Of a stretch of DNA of 64,000 nt, positions 26,068 through 38,002 are shown piece by piece. Position numbers and translations under genes: made by a program. Origin of the DNA: Ramazzottius varieornatus (Eukaryota > Animalia > Tardigrada); the NCBI GenBank assembly GCA_001949185.1, contig BDGG01000011.1, positions 889,552 through 953,551 of the forward strand, in the 5' to 3' direction. The notes beneath the pieces are model-generated. The model was not told the origin of the DNA, made no database searches, and saw nothing but the letters and a program-made list of their open reading frames with translations. Each line of letters opens with the position of its first letter. Positions within the stretch are counted from its first letter, which is position 1.

Positions 26068-29000
26068 TCAGCTGATGAGATACTTTGTCGCTTTCATTCC
26101 GTAGATCTTCGCCAAGTCTCGGACGAAGTCCTCCTTGAGTCTGCGAAGGCACTTCCGGTACTGCGACTTTGAGCGAAACTTGGCGATATCGATACTGGGA
26201 GCGTGTGGCATGTGTATGATGAAGGCGTAGGGAAGGACGATCAACTCGTACCTAAAAGACATTACAAGAAAAAGAAATCAGTTCTCATAGTCCGATTATT
26301 TTTCCTCAAATTTTTACGATTTTCTTTCGATTTTACTGTACCCTTTGACTGCCAGCATCATCAGATGAGAAACCTTATTCCATCCGAAGCCGCCGAACCT
26401 CCGATCGTACTCGGGGATATTCTTACTGGCTACGATGTAGGGTTCGTAGTCAGGTTCCCATTCGACAGTGTATGGCGTGGTCGCGTTCATCCAGCGTGGG
26501 AAGTTGGTGGCTCCGTGTCCCTTTGGCCAGATATCCGACCGGAAGGCGATCACGTCGTCACGGTCTGCCATCTGGACCAGCTCGGACTTGTTCGAGGGAA
26601 ACGCAAAGCGGTAACGCTGAGTTTCAAAAGCAGGCACCACTAAAACCTACAAGAAACATAAACGTTCATCACGGCGCCATCTGTGACTTACATTTTATAG
26701 GACAACCAGCATGAACGTCCACTAAGAGACCGCTCCAAGCAACTTGCAAAGCCATATGGGAGTGGAATCTGGCCGAGCTGAGCAAACAAGCTGGGCCAGA
26801 TCGCTCTCCCAAGTGGCGCACCTATACCGTGGTACTGCCTGACTGTATGCGCCACTTGGAAAAGCGATCTTGCCGAGGTTCTAAAGTGGCGCACGATATG
26901 GGCCAGCAGCGTGCGCCACCTGGCTACCAGATCTGATCGCGTTTGTCCAACACGATCACGAATGCTGAGCTCAAGCTAAGACTATAGCACAACCGAAGGA
27001 AGTAACGTCCGGAAAAATGACCCGGTTAGCATTGAGTTGGTGTTTTTGAAAAAGTTGCCTTACTTTGGTATCGTAGTTGAGCAAGTCATTTTGGCGGATA
27101 GCCTGCTTGAGGCCTTCATACAGTCCATACATGGGAAGGAAGTCAATATCAGTCAGGAACACAAAAGGAGTATTTGCCTGTGTCAAAGCGACATCACGAA
27201 GATAATTGACCGGGTAAACAGCCTGCCAACATAAGAAAAGAACCGGTTTGATACACTGGCTTCCGGCAGAAAACACAGCGGGACATTCCATCAAGGAGAA
27301 TCATCCGTTGAGTGGCCGGATATTAGGTCCAAAATTACAAAGCCTAATTTCGAAAACTGTCATCAAACGGGAACTCGACGAACAAACTCGACCACAACAT
27401 TTTCTGAAGTGGCGCAGGGCACGGACCACTAATACTAGAAACGTGCGCCATTCGGGAAAACAATCTCCTCCGGTTTCCGAAGTGGCGCAAGCGTCCATGC
27501 TATAACCCTGGCAGCCTGCGCCCTCTTTGGAGATAATCTTGACGAGCTTGTTTGCCAAACTCCCAATTTTATTTTTAAAACAGTTTCTACTTTCTGGAAA
27601 GTGTTTTCTTTCTTACACCGTCTTTGTAGACGACATGGTATCCGACGTTCTTTCGCGCCGACAGCGTGTCAGAGTCTTGGACGAACTCGGCAAACTGCGC
27701 AGCTTCCGCGTCCGACATGTACAATGCCAGACTGATTGGTCCTGCAATACAGACATGCTTCATAACACGCTGGGGAATACAGAGCAACTCGGACGGGAGA
27801 AAGGATACATTATCGATAGCTACTCCGGGGTCGAAGAAGCTATTGAACCCTAAACGTGATCAAATCAATACTTAATTTCAGCCAAATACAGTTATTGGAA
27901 AATCAATCGGAGCAAAAGCGATTTCAAGTCAAAGCTCAGAAAAACTCGTTTATATTTCACCGTCTTCGATCATCGAAGAACAATCAAACCGAGCAAGAGA
28001 ACCCAAAACATCACAGAGCTATTATTTTCGAACTTTTGCACGCCTTTCACGGAATATTCAAAGTAAATCCGGGAACTTTCTCAGCGGCAAAAATAGGCAA
28101 AACTTCCAGAAATTAGTTTTCGACAGCCCAAAAACTCAGAGATAAATTTATTTCAGTTTCCATTTTTATTTAGAAAACTTCTCATTTCAGTTATTTGACA
28201 TAATGTTGTTATATTTTGTTTCCGTGCTTTACTGAATTTTTCGTCCCTCACCATTCCAATGATCACAGATCTGTTCCAGCATTTGCAGCCGGTCGAAAGA
28301 CAGTTGTGCCACGAGAGTGACATCATCATCAGCGGTTGACTGATAGCTGTACTCGATATAGTAGAGGTGCGTGCGGAACTTTAAATTGGCCAGCCGCTCA
28401 AAGTCGTAACACGTCTCATCGTAAGCCACCACGCTGCTCTCCTTATCCTGTTCGGCTGGCTGTCAACAAGACCATAATCGATATGCGCATGAACAGTTCA
28501 AATCAAGACATAAAAGCGGGCCTCGGTATTGACACGGACAAAAGAGCCAAGTAAACAACCTTCTCACCTCCGCTGACACATTGGAACAGCCCAACACTCC
28601 TCGTCGTAAAAGGTTGCCGTCGTGCGCCACAAACGTCAAGTAGTCGTCTTTGTAGTATCGACCAAGACGATGCTTAACTTGCATCTTCTTCGGCGAGTTC
28701 CAATGGATCACCTATAACCACCAGAAACATCCACAATTGTGAGCTTCCGAGGAAACCATCCACTTTGATCCTCCTGCATACCCCGTCATGCACATTTTCC
28801 ATGTTATACCGGTGTGCAGGTGCATGTCGAAACACTTGCCGTCGGTATGCCGACAACCGATAAACAGAACCGAGTTTCATGGACCTGCATACATTAACAC
28901 GAGCGTCTACAACGTCAGGCAGTACGCAGGTACATGCAGACCACACGCAGCTGTTCTCGAAGAACCGAACGCGGAAAGCTTACATGGTTGCACGGACCTG

Positions 29001-31987
29001 CATACTCTGATATGAACATTCACTGTAAAACGCGGTATGTAGATGAGTGCAAACACGGAATCATTTTTCGAGGGAACATGAAGGTACCTTGAAGCCGTTC
29101 TGGCTTTCCAAGCAGAGTTCCTTGCTTTTAGAGTGGTCACTCAGTTGAGCATTCCATGTGCAGGGCAGATTGTACACGAGCTCAGGAACATCTTTGATGA
29201 CGGCGTTGAAGATGTCTTGGTCGGCCAAGGCGGTGGCTGTCATGACGGGCAACTCCCTTTCCGTGACTTTCTTCCACATGTCCATCCAGCTGCGTGCTCG
29301 AAGCTTGGGAAGATCCATCAGGATTACACCGGTGTTGTACCCTCTACCCTAGGAAACAAAAACTAGCCATTACAACTCGAAGATTTTGACTGTTCAATGA
29401 AAGTTCACATGGGCAAAATCGAAGTTACAGTATATGAAAAGTTACTTTCCATGTCTTTCGTTTCCTATGGTCGCTCAGTTCATACTTACTTTTGCCGGCC
29501 ATGGTTTATAGTTCTTCCATATTCCACCCAGATACCAATCGCTTTGGTTCTCGACAAGGCCCAACGCTTGACAAGCCGCGAACTCTTCGAAGAGCCTCCA
29601 CAGTTCTAGGACATCCGAAGCGAAGACGATGTCAGTATCCAGCACAATAACCTATATCCATAAAAAAAACAAAAACCCATTAGAGAACATCCCTGGAGAG
29701 AAACCCTGATCAACGACAGTTCGTCCTCACACGAGAGATCTAACTTTCAAGCATCTACATACAGATTCGCTACGATCAGCGTGGGGTCGCTGTATGCAGG
29801 TGCGCGATATGCACAAAATCGATACCGCGCAAACCACTGTAACAACTGTCATGCTTCTGCACTCAGAAAACCCGTGAAAAGTGTACGGTGCGCGGTATGC
29901 AGCTGTGTGAAATACGACTAGAACTGTCCAATTACCCACTTTGTGGAGAGTTGAGGGGAGGAGGTGGGGTAGAACCAGCTTCATCAGGCCGTAAACGCCA
30001 GAGTAATGCTTATTGGGGATCCAGGCCACAAACGATGTAATCCCATCAGTCAGATAATAGCTGATCGTCACTGCAACACAGACAACAGAGAATTAATCAA
30101 ATTGTTCATGGACTAGCTACTGTAGCGGACAGTCCCATTAAGGGGGAAGATGCAACCGACGCCTCGTTAAACCATTCCCGATTCTTCCTCCCTCATTGCC
30201 ATAAGAAACAAGTTAGCAAAATTCTGGAACCTTTCGACCACAGTTCCCACCAGAAAAATCAACCACCCAAAAAAACTGGGACCCAGACACAAAGTTGAAA
30301 AAGAATCTGGGAGCTTGACAAACGAACATTTCCAAGTGGCGCAAGCTTTCAGCCCAAAAGATCGGAAACATGCGCCACTGGGGAAAATTATATTATCAAG
30401 TTTTCCAAGCGACGCGTGCCTTCAGCCTAGAACAATGGGAACGTGTGTGGCTCAAGAAAACCATCTTGTCGAATTTCTCAGATATTTCCTTTTCTTGATC
30501 TGAAAGTTTTGGTCGCTGTCCATTGCGATAAAAACCTGTAGTTTCAAGAGGCAAACCTTAATTTTTCGAGTGGGCGAACTGCGCGGTCTTCCTCTTCGTG
30601 GACTGTGCATTGGAAGTCCTTCAAGTCTCGCTAATGAGGGGAAACCTACGAAGATTTCTTCCTCTTTATTCTCTAACATACACTTACAATTGGCTACATC
30701 CCAAGTGTCAAAGAGGGTAGTCAGGATCAATTGAGCGGGGGTATCCACCAGCAGATGCAGATGGAGAGGACTGGTACGGTAAAAGAGCAGCGATTTCAGC
30801 AGCGTCTGCGCCGTCCGCGTGCTATTGTAGCCCGCACACACCACCGCAATTTCAATCACCTGCACAACAAGCATAGAATGGAGAAAGGTAATCGACCGTG
30901 AGCCAACTACATCCCATTAGCTATTGAGCAAGATGAATGATGGAAAAGGGACAACTCACTCGGCATTTTTCGTTTTGTGTTGCGGCTGACTTCGCTATCG
31001 TTCGGGCTTTTCCAGGTCGTCGAAGACCATTAACGTTGACGTTGGTCCTGCAATTGTGTGATAATAAGGAGACAACCACTTCATCATCCAACCGTGACAT
31101 GCTCAAAAGCAATTGCTCACAGACGAACTGCAGAAAGATATTCAAAAGGAATGGGAGCTCTGCAGGATCGTTTTCCCAAGTGACCCACGCTTCCACTCAT
31201 TAACACCGAGGAAGTGCGCCACTTGGAAGAACGACGCGGTCGAATCTTCCAAGCGGCGCATGCGTAAAGCCAATAACACTATACATTTGCGCCGCTTGAA
31301 AGAGCGATCTTGTGGACTATATTTGCTGGACCACAAAAGAACAAAAGACGCTGGGTCATAATTTTACACCAATTAATTCGCACTTTATCACTGTCAGAAC
31401 CTTAATAGAGACCTCCTGGCACGAAATGGAGCATATCAATGCACGGAAATACTTTTTCACGAGGGAATTTTTCTAAGTGAAGTGTATATTGGGCTGATCG
31501 CTCTGGGCAAAACGATAATGAATCCTCGTTGATTTTAGACGACTTCCGTCTACACTTGGGAGATGGAAGATGTCGTTCGGGGACGCTACGATATTGTGTA
31601 AAAAATCAGGGAGAGGATTCGATGGAATTCGAAATTTTAGACGAGAAAAGTGGGCTAGTTCTTTCGGCGGAATAATTTGTGTGAACAGGGAAGAATGGTG
31701 GAGAGTGATTTCCAGGGCATGTCAACAGTGATGATGAACACTTACCCATCTTCATCAAGGACGGGATTGTCCGACTTCCCGACCGGAAGCGGAAAGCCGC
31801 GTGCATCTACAGACAGAATAAACACTCGTTCCCATTATTGACGTTGCGACGGAGGCGCATTTAAATTGTCCTCACACACAGAAGATATTCATAGCTCACC
31901 TAATCCTCCGCTAGTTAAATACACCGACACTAGGAAGACACCGAAGAGGAGCAGGATAAACAGGAAGCAAGCTTGGCGGAATTTCAT
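26068..31987 (-). CDS. LARGE: LARGE xylosyl- and glucuronyltransferase (GT8 + GT49), multi-exon
   Basis: N-terminal anchor [24 protein letters not shown]. Motifs [124 protein letters not shown]. Stop at 26068. Confidence 0.97.
26773..26950. repeat. Fixed-spacer palindromic element, 2 units (LARGE intron)
   Basis: Cores at 26813 (27 nt spacer) and 26886 (18 nt spacer); period 73. Confidence 0.9.
27369..27564. repeat. Fixed-spacer palindromic element, 2 units (196 bp; LARGE intron)
   Basis: Cores at 27409 and 27482, both 27 nt; outer arms gggaactcgacgaacaaactcg / cgagcttgtttgccaaactccc. Confidence 0.9.
30309..30476. repeat. Fixed-spacer palindromic element, 2 units (LARGE intron)
   Basis: Cores at 30336 and 30409 (second is degenerate), both 27 nt. 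Confidence 0.85.
31153..31334. repeat. Fixed-spacer palindromic element, 2 units (LARGE intron)
   Basis: Cores at 31180 and 31253, both 27 nt; second unit is GCGGCGCA...TGCGCCGC. Confidence 0.9.
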
Positions 31988-33281
31988 ACTCTGAAAGCAC
32001 AGAAAATAAGCCTGGTGAAACTTAAGTCGATCAATCAAGGATCGTCAATCAACTGAACTTTCGAATCTCAAGCAAAGTAAAAATCAAATCGCCCAACGTG
32101 AAAGATCAATGAATCAAAGACTAACTTCTGAACGCGGATGAGCCCCCATTAGGAACAGGCAATTACTGCGCGATTCGGGCCGCACTTCCGGTGATGACGC
32201 TTGACAGGGAACACGCTAATCAGTTCCGCAGGCAACTGGGCCATTTCCGCTCCGGCGCTGTAGAGGAGTAATCCCTTAATTGTTCTGCATACTGGGCCGC
32301 CTTTCCTGGATCGATTTCTAGCCTCCGCGCAGCCGAACTGGTGTCACTGACTCACTGCCAACTTTCAAATTCGATTCCTTCGCTCAGGGGAAATCGCCAG
32401 AGTACTCAGTCTACAAACACAACACTGCTTCACGGATGAGCGAGAAGGTGAGCTACAGAAAAAGTTGGGACGGAAATGAATTTCTCGGCTGTTTGAAAAA
32501 CTGAAGAAACTCAGTTGCAGTTGATTGGACTGCACCGTTATCGTCTTGATTGATCAAAGTAAACATGCGAGCAGTGCAGAACGTGCGCAGGGTGGAAGCA
32601 TCGGTATGCAATAAACGCGCATTGTTGCACCGAATGACCAATAGCATAAACTGCGATAAAACTGAATAATTACCGCAGTGACGTCAACAAGTTGGATTTG
32701 ATTGCTTCGGTCCCAATTGAAAACAGCGAGGTGTTAGAGCAAAGAACCGCAGCAGGAAGCCCTTTCCGCCAGCCAACAGCAGACAGATATCAGTTAGATC
32801 GATGCAGACGAACAGCGGCACAGGTTTAACAGTTTAACGCTAACTTTTCAACGCTTTCAGCGCCAAGAGCTTACATCCATGAATTTTCAGCGGAACAAGT
32901 TTGCGCTGCATGTGAAACAGCCCTCAATCAGTCAAAGTGCAAAGTGGAAAGAGTCGATGTTCAAATCGACAACATCGACTGAATGGTGACGGAGGAACTC
33001 AACATGAGGGAGCAGATAAAGTGCACAAAGTAAATACGCCCTCAAGGCTGAATCGGAAGTGGGCTGGATCGGAAGCATTGTAAAGCTGTAAACCGGGGCG
33101 TGGACAACGGTCAAGTCCTCTCGAGACTTATAAGTCCAGCCCACTCCATATAATTCATTGGCTCCTGAAACCAGCACAAAAACCGCGTTTTCTCGTCTGA
33201 GCAAAACACTGATAGGCGTTCCACAAGTAACGCCGGAACATCCAGGAAAAAATCTTTCCGAAAAAGGTATCAGAGATTATT

Positions 33282-35624
33282 TTACTTCATGCTGTGACGA
33301 GAAAATGTAGAAGTGGGTCTTGACTGGAAAACGTCGGACTGGCTTCTACCGACACCCAGCTTGGCGGTTTCTCGACTGAGGAAGTCGTCGTAATTTCTTT
33401 GCTGAATTTGGTTCTTCGAACGTTCAAGCATCTCATCTTCCCGATCTTGCAGTTCCCTTCGTTCCAGTTCCCGAACCTGAAATTAGAGGTGTGTTCTAGC
33501 CATTTTGACAGAGCCGAATTCTCCTAATTTCTGTGAAGTCCAATTTCGCAGGAAAAGTTATTAATTAGGAAATATTTATTAGTCGAAGAAAAATACCGAT
33601 CAAGGCTAGAACGTGTCGTACTTGACTGTCGAGTTCTTCACGCCGATAGCTCTGCGCTCGCGTCATGGCATCCAGCTGTTTCTGCTTCTCCATCTCGGAC
33701 AAGCGCATGATGGACGCCACCTCTTCCTTTCCGCGCTCAACTTCTTGTTGAGCGCGTCGATTAGCAGCGACCTTTTCTCGAAGTTGCGCTTTCAGGTCTC
33801 CAATTACCTCCTCAACGAGGTGCTTCCGCGCATCCTCCTCAGCTCGCCATTCATACTCACGTTTATCCCAGTACAGCTTAGCTTCCTCCCTGGAACAAAA
33901 AAGCATGACAGATTTAGTCCAATAGTGTATATTCGGGAACGCGGCAAATCAAACTCGGCATGATCATTTTCCCAAGTGGCGCACCGTTTCGGTGATATTA
34001 ACTGACAGCGTGCGCCACTTCGAGAAACTATTGATCTCTTGTCGAGCTCAATCGTGTCTAACTTTAATTTCAAGATTACCGATCGAGTCTATCCACTTCC
34101 TTTTCGCGTTCTTTCTCTTTTCGAAGTCGTTCCTTCATGGTTTCTCGAATTTGTACAGCCACAGTCTTCTGCCTTTGCCGGTCTTCTTGTTGCTTTTGCA
34201 GTGACTCTTCTTCCATTTTCGTGATGGATTCTAACAAGTTTCTGTCAAACTCTAGGCTCTCTTGGACTTGGCGATTCCTCCGGCGGATATGAGCGGCGTG
34301 TTGATTCAGCAGTGTCTTCCTGTGATTCAAACGCAGATGAAACAAATTCCACCCTCAAAAAAGGTTGAATTTTCAGTTCGGTCTCACCCGAGTTCTTTCT
34401 TGCTCTCCATAGCTTCCATCTTCTTCCGCTGGTCCTCCATCTTCGCCAAAGAGTCCAACTGACTCAGGATTTCTCTTTCTTGTTGTTGCAGGGCCTTCAT
34501 CTGGTCTTCGTGCTTGCGCAGGGACTCGATCTGCTCTTGCCAAATTTCCGTCAAGCTCTTCATGCGGTTCTTTTCTTCGCTCTGCTTTTGTTCGTCCTTC
34601 TCAGCGGCCAACTGCACTTCTCGCTTCATGTTTTCCACCATTTGTTGTTCGATCATTCTGTCCTCCTCCTCCGTCTAAAATAACAATACTTATTACGAAA
34701 TTTTCGCTTCAGTTCGAACCACGAAAATTTTCAAACAGTTCTCTGTCATCAGAATATCTGGAGTTCGGCAAATTAACAAAATTGTTGTCCCCAAGTGGCG
34801 CATACCTCCAGTACCGATGGCTACCGACATACGCCACTTTGAACACCGATCGTATCGAGGTTTCATCTTACCTGCTGACGGATGGAAATTTGGTCGCCCC
34901 AAGCTTTTGCAGTTTCCAGGTTTACTTGCTTGGACTTCAGTTCCCGTAACTCCTGGCTATCCCTTTTCCACACTTCTTCCAGTTTTTGAGCGACGATCTG
35001 AAGGAGGGGATAATCAACCTGCATTCTAACAACTGATCGGATCAGCTGACGCACCTGTTCCTGATGCTTCATCCGTGCTTGACGCAGTACTTCCACCCGT
35101 TCCCGCATTTTCCGCAGTTCATCGCTTTTATCATCCTGCAGCTTCTCTCTCAACTCTGCCTAGACAATACTGCTCGAAAATCAAACCTGAGACCATTCCG
35201 AGGCAACTAACTGTACGTGGAAGATTCGAACAAGCTAACCTGATAACGCAGTTCTTCTTCGTGCAGCAGCGTCGACAGTTCCGTCCGTCGTAACAGCATG
35301 TCCGTCTCCTTCTTCTCTCGAACTTGTTCCTTCATGTAGTTGTCGATGCTACGAAGCAAAATAAGCATAGCTCGACATTCAAGCGGAAGCGGCAGGATAC
35401 CCACGTTCGGATCGAAGAGGATATCGAAACTCTCACCTGCACTGGAACATGCGTTGCGAGTTCAGCTTGTTACATCCCTCGGCCTGGCTGACAGCTCTTC
35501 GATGATCCGACACGGTCTTGCACCAACTTTCTCGGCGATGTTCCTCTAAATCACGCCGACGCTGAGCCAGCTCCTGCTGCGCGCGAAGTGATCCAGGTGT
35601 CTGCCGAGCGCTAGAAGATCGCAT
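33282..35624 (-). CDS. TCHP: Trichoplein keratin filament-binding protein homologue (coiled coil), multi-exon
   Basis: Exons match trichoplein landmarks: QQELAQRRR...SW, LRRTELSTLLHEEE, LEEVWKRDSQELRE...AWGDQ, REEAKLYWDKREYEWRAEEDARKHLVEEV. Stop at 33282-33284. Confidence 0.85.
33935..34049. repeat. Fixed-spacer palindromic element, 1 unit (TCHP intron)
   Basis: GTGGCGCA 33976-83, 27 nt spacer, TGCGCCAC 34011-18. Confidence 0.9.
34760..34863. repeat. Fixed-spacer palindromic element, 1 unit (TCHP intron)
   Basis: GTGGCGCA 34795-34802, 27 nt spacer, TACGCCAC 34830-37. Confidence 0.88.
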
Positions 35625-35939
35625 GCTGATAGCGTTGCTGGAGCGTTATCAGTCGATCCGAGCCGGTGAAAACTTCTCCGTTCAGATACCGTGTCCTTCG
35701 GAAAGGTAAGATTGCTGGGGAAGGAAGGGGTGTTAATTCGAACGGTGTACAAGTACCGTGAAATACGACATACATCTCGCTGGACGTGGGAGTCAAAATT
35801 CCGAATGCATGGAAACAAGCTGGTTTTCAGCCCCTAACCCCCAGGGGTTTGCCGTGAACTAAGCTAACCGAGTACTACTTTAAAGTGCCAATGAAGTGGG
35901 ACAAGATCGGTCCGGGTCCGCGTAGAGAATCCCCCCCGT

Positions 35940-36644
35940 TACGCGCCGTTTTGGCTGTTGTGTGTCATGTCATAGCGATTAGCTGGTCGATACACACGTT
36001 GACCAGATATTTCACCCACCATCCGCGCGGTCTTTTTCTACACGCACCCGGATCCAAACCTGTCCCGCATCATTGGCACTTCAAAGTACCAGAGTGTCCA
36101 GGGGAAAGCCATATCAGAGGGCAATTGCAATCTGTGTCGGCATGTGGGTCTACATTAATAAATTTGTCACAATAGTCGCTGTTTTCGGCCTTGTCCAAGA
36201 AAAAGCTTTCTGTGTGCCGGAAACATTCCTCAGTCAGAAAATCTGGAGTTTCCTGGCCCGGTTACTGGCATACTATTTGCCTTTGTTGGTCGCTTATACA
36301 GGTTGCCCATAATCAGGTACAAGCCGAGGTTTCATATGCTAAAGCGAATACGACAGATGGGAAGCACTATGACGAGGAACTCAACTTTCCCGACTGCGAG
36401 AAAACGGCGGGTGAAAATTCACATTTTCAAAATATGGCTCGGGACGACAATAAGCATGGTGTGCTGGTGGAATCCGCTGGTACATATGTATATGTGGTCT
36501 TCTACGCCATTGTTTCCTCCAGGTGGGGCGGCGAACGAGATATCGATGATTTTCAGGAAAATCTTGTATACCTTGACACCCCTCGCAGATCCCATTCTTC
36601 TAATCATCGCTGTACCCATTATGCACAAGTTTCCGCTGACGTGA
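35940..36644 (+). pseudogene. Frameshifted rhodopsin-like GPCR remnant (TM4-TM7)
   Basis: RAIAICVGMWVY (TM4), LARLLAYYLPLLVAY (TM5), ISMVCWWNP (TM6) and LYTLTPLADPILLIIA (TM7) lie in different frames. Confidence 0.6.
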
Positions 36645-37419
36645 CCAACCAGCCACAACTTTGCTTCAATTTATTACTACACAATCACACGTGATTCTAG
36701 CTGCTTTCTCCGCATTTGACCACAAGCTCACCTTTAGTCATGCTAATATTTGATCTCACTGCGGAAATAATCGGTAAATTCAGCCCCTATCGCGATTACA
36801 CTCTTCGTTCCACAAGTAGATTGATAACGACGGTTACCCAAATGACTACGCATGTTAACCAGTGGTCGAGCTCGGAGGTTGGAGGGGCCAGCAAATTTGT
36901 CGGGGCGCATAGTAGGACTCTGATTGGGCCGTTTTTGGGAGGACCCGAAACTTCTCCACGCCATTTTGGGTGCGCAATCAGATCGAGTCAGTGCAACCCA
37001 ATCGCGCAGGTTGGTTCGTCTGCATTAACTCGATCTAATAGCGCATACCGAGAGGTGTGACCAAGTTTCGTGTCCCCTAAACACGGCCCAGTCAGTGTCT
37101 TACCATGCGCCCCGATAAATTTTCCGACCCCTCCAGCCTTCGAGCTCGACCACTGGTTAACATGCGTAGTCATTTGGGTAACCGTCGTTATCAATCTACT
37201 TGTGGAACGAAGAGTGTAATCGCGATAGGGGCTGAATTTACCGATTATTTCCGCAGTGAGATCAAATATTAGCATGACTAAAGGTGAGCTTGTGGTCAAA
37301 TGCGGAGAAAGCAGCTAGAATCACGTGTGATTGTGTAGTAATAAATTGAAGCAAAGTTGTGGCTGGTTGGTCACGTCAGCGGAAACTTGTGCATAATGGG
37401 TATAGCGATGATTAGAAGA
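36596..37419. repeat. Near-perfect 264 bp inverted duplication (36596-36859 vs 37156-37419)
   Basis: Colinear without indels; one mismatch noticed (cgctGtaccc vs cgctAtaccc). Confidence 0.92.
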
Positions 37420-37437
37420 CTTCGAGCTCGACCACTG
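36860..37437. mobile_element. hAT-type non-autonomous element with 8 bp TSD, carrying an inverted copy of its own left flank
   Basis: Ends CAGTGGTCGAGCTCG...CGAGCTCGACCACTG. TSD ATGTTAAC at 36852-59 and 37438-45. Diverged arms of about 95 bp at 36860-36953 / 37063-37155. Confidence 0.85.
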
Positions 37438-37675
37438 ATGTTAACAACTGATAAATGGAATCAAAAATTCGAAATACCGGCTCGGTTATGTTTCGTTGTT
37501 CTCAATGGTTTATCTTGTGTAGTCCGTATTCCGCAGAGCATGCGCAGTGATTACAAGAGAACCCGTACTTTCTTGTAACAATACCACCGAACAGATAGGT
37601 CTGAGTTTCCTACACTATTTTAACTGATAGAGAAAGCTGTTAAGATTAAGAACAAACAAAAGAAGGGGTGGAATT

Positions 37676-37920
37676 CTAGTGGAAAGCGAAAAAAGCTGGC
37701 ATCACGGCAGTTTTAGCGGCGGGCATCACTGGCGGCGGTTTAGGACCGTCCACAGTTTTCACCGGATCCCAGATCCGTTCATTATTGCACCGATCGGTGA
37801 AGCAAACACATTCTCGCTGAATTCGGCCGTCTGTTGCATAATCACTACAACCGGGCTCACCAAAAGCTTTTATGTACGCCATCCGATCCGTAGAGCCGGT
37901 TCGCTGCAACTTGCGTACAC
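37676..37920 (-). pseudogene. Terminal exon of a Ly6/three-finger (quiver-like) protein; upstream exons not found next to the transposon
   Basis: After the acceptor ctgcag: ...GEPGCSDYATDGRIQRECVCFTDRCNN...AVMPAFFAFH*. C-x-C-x-x-D-x-CN motif plus hydrophobic tail. Confidence 0.5.
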
Positions 37921-38002
37921 CTGCAGGATAACAGTAACTGTACAGTTTCCATGCAGAGGATTATTCCAGGAAAAGTTAGCAAAGGCTCTGCACTGATTTT
38001 CA

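Noticed and set aside
35831-35850. cccctaaccccc as a telomere-like seed
   Set aside because: Single imperfect unit; expected by chance.
36716-37299. Two 'paralogous' ORFs starting MTTSSPLVML on opposite strands
   Set aside because: By-product of the inverted duplication; non-ATG starts and no protein features.
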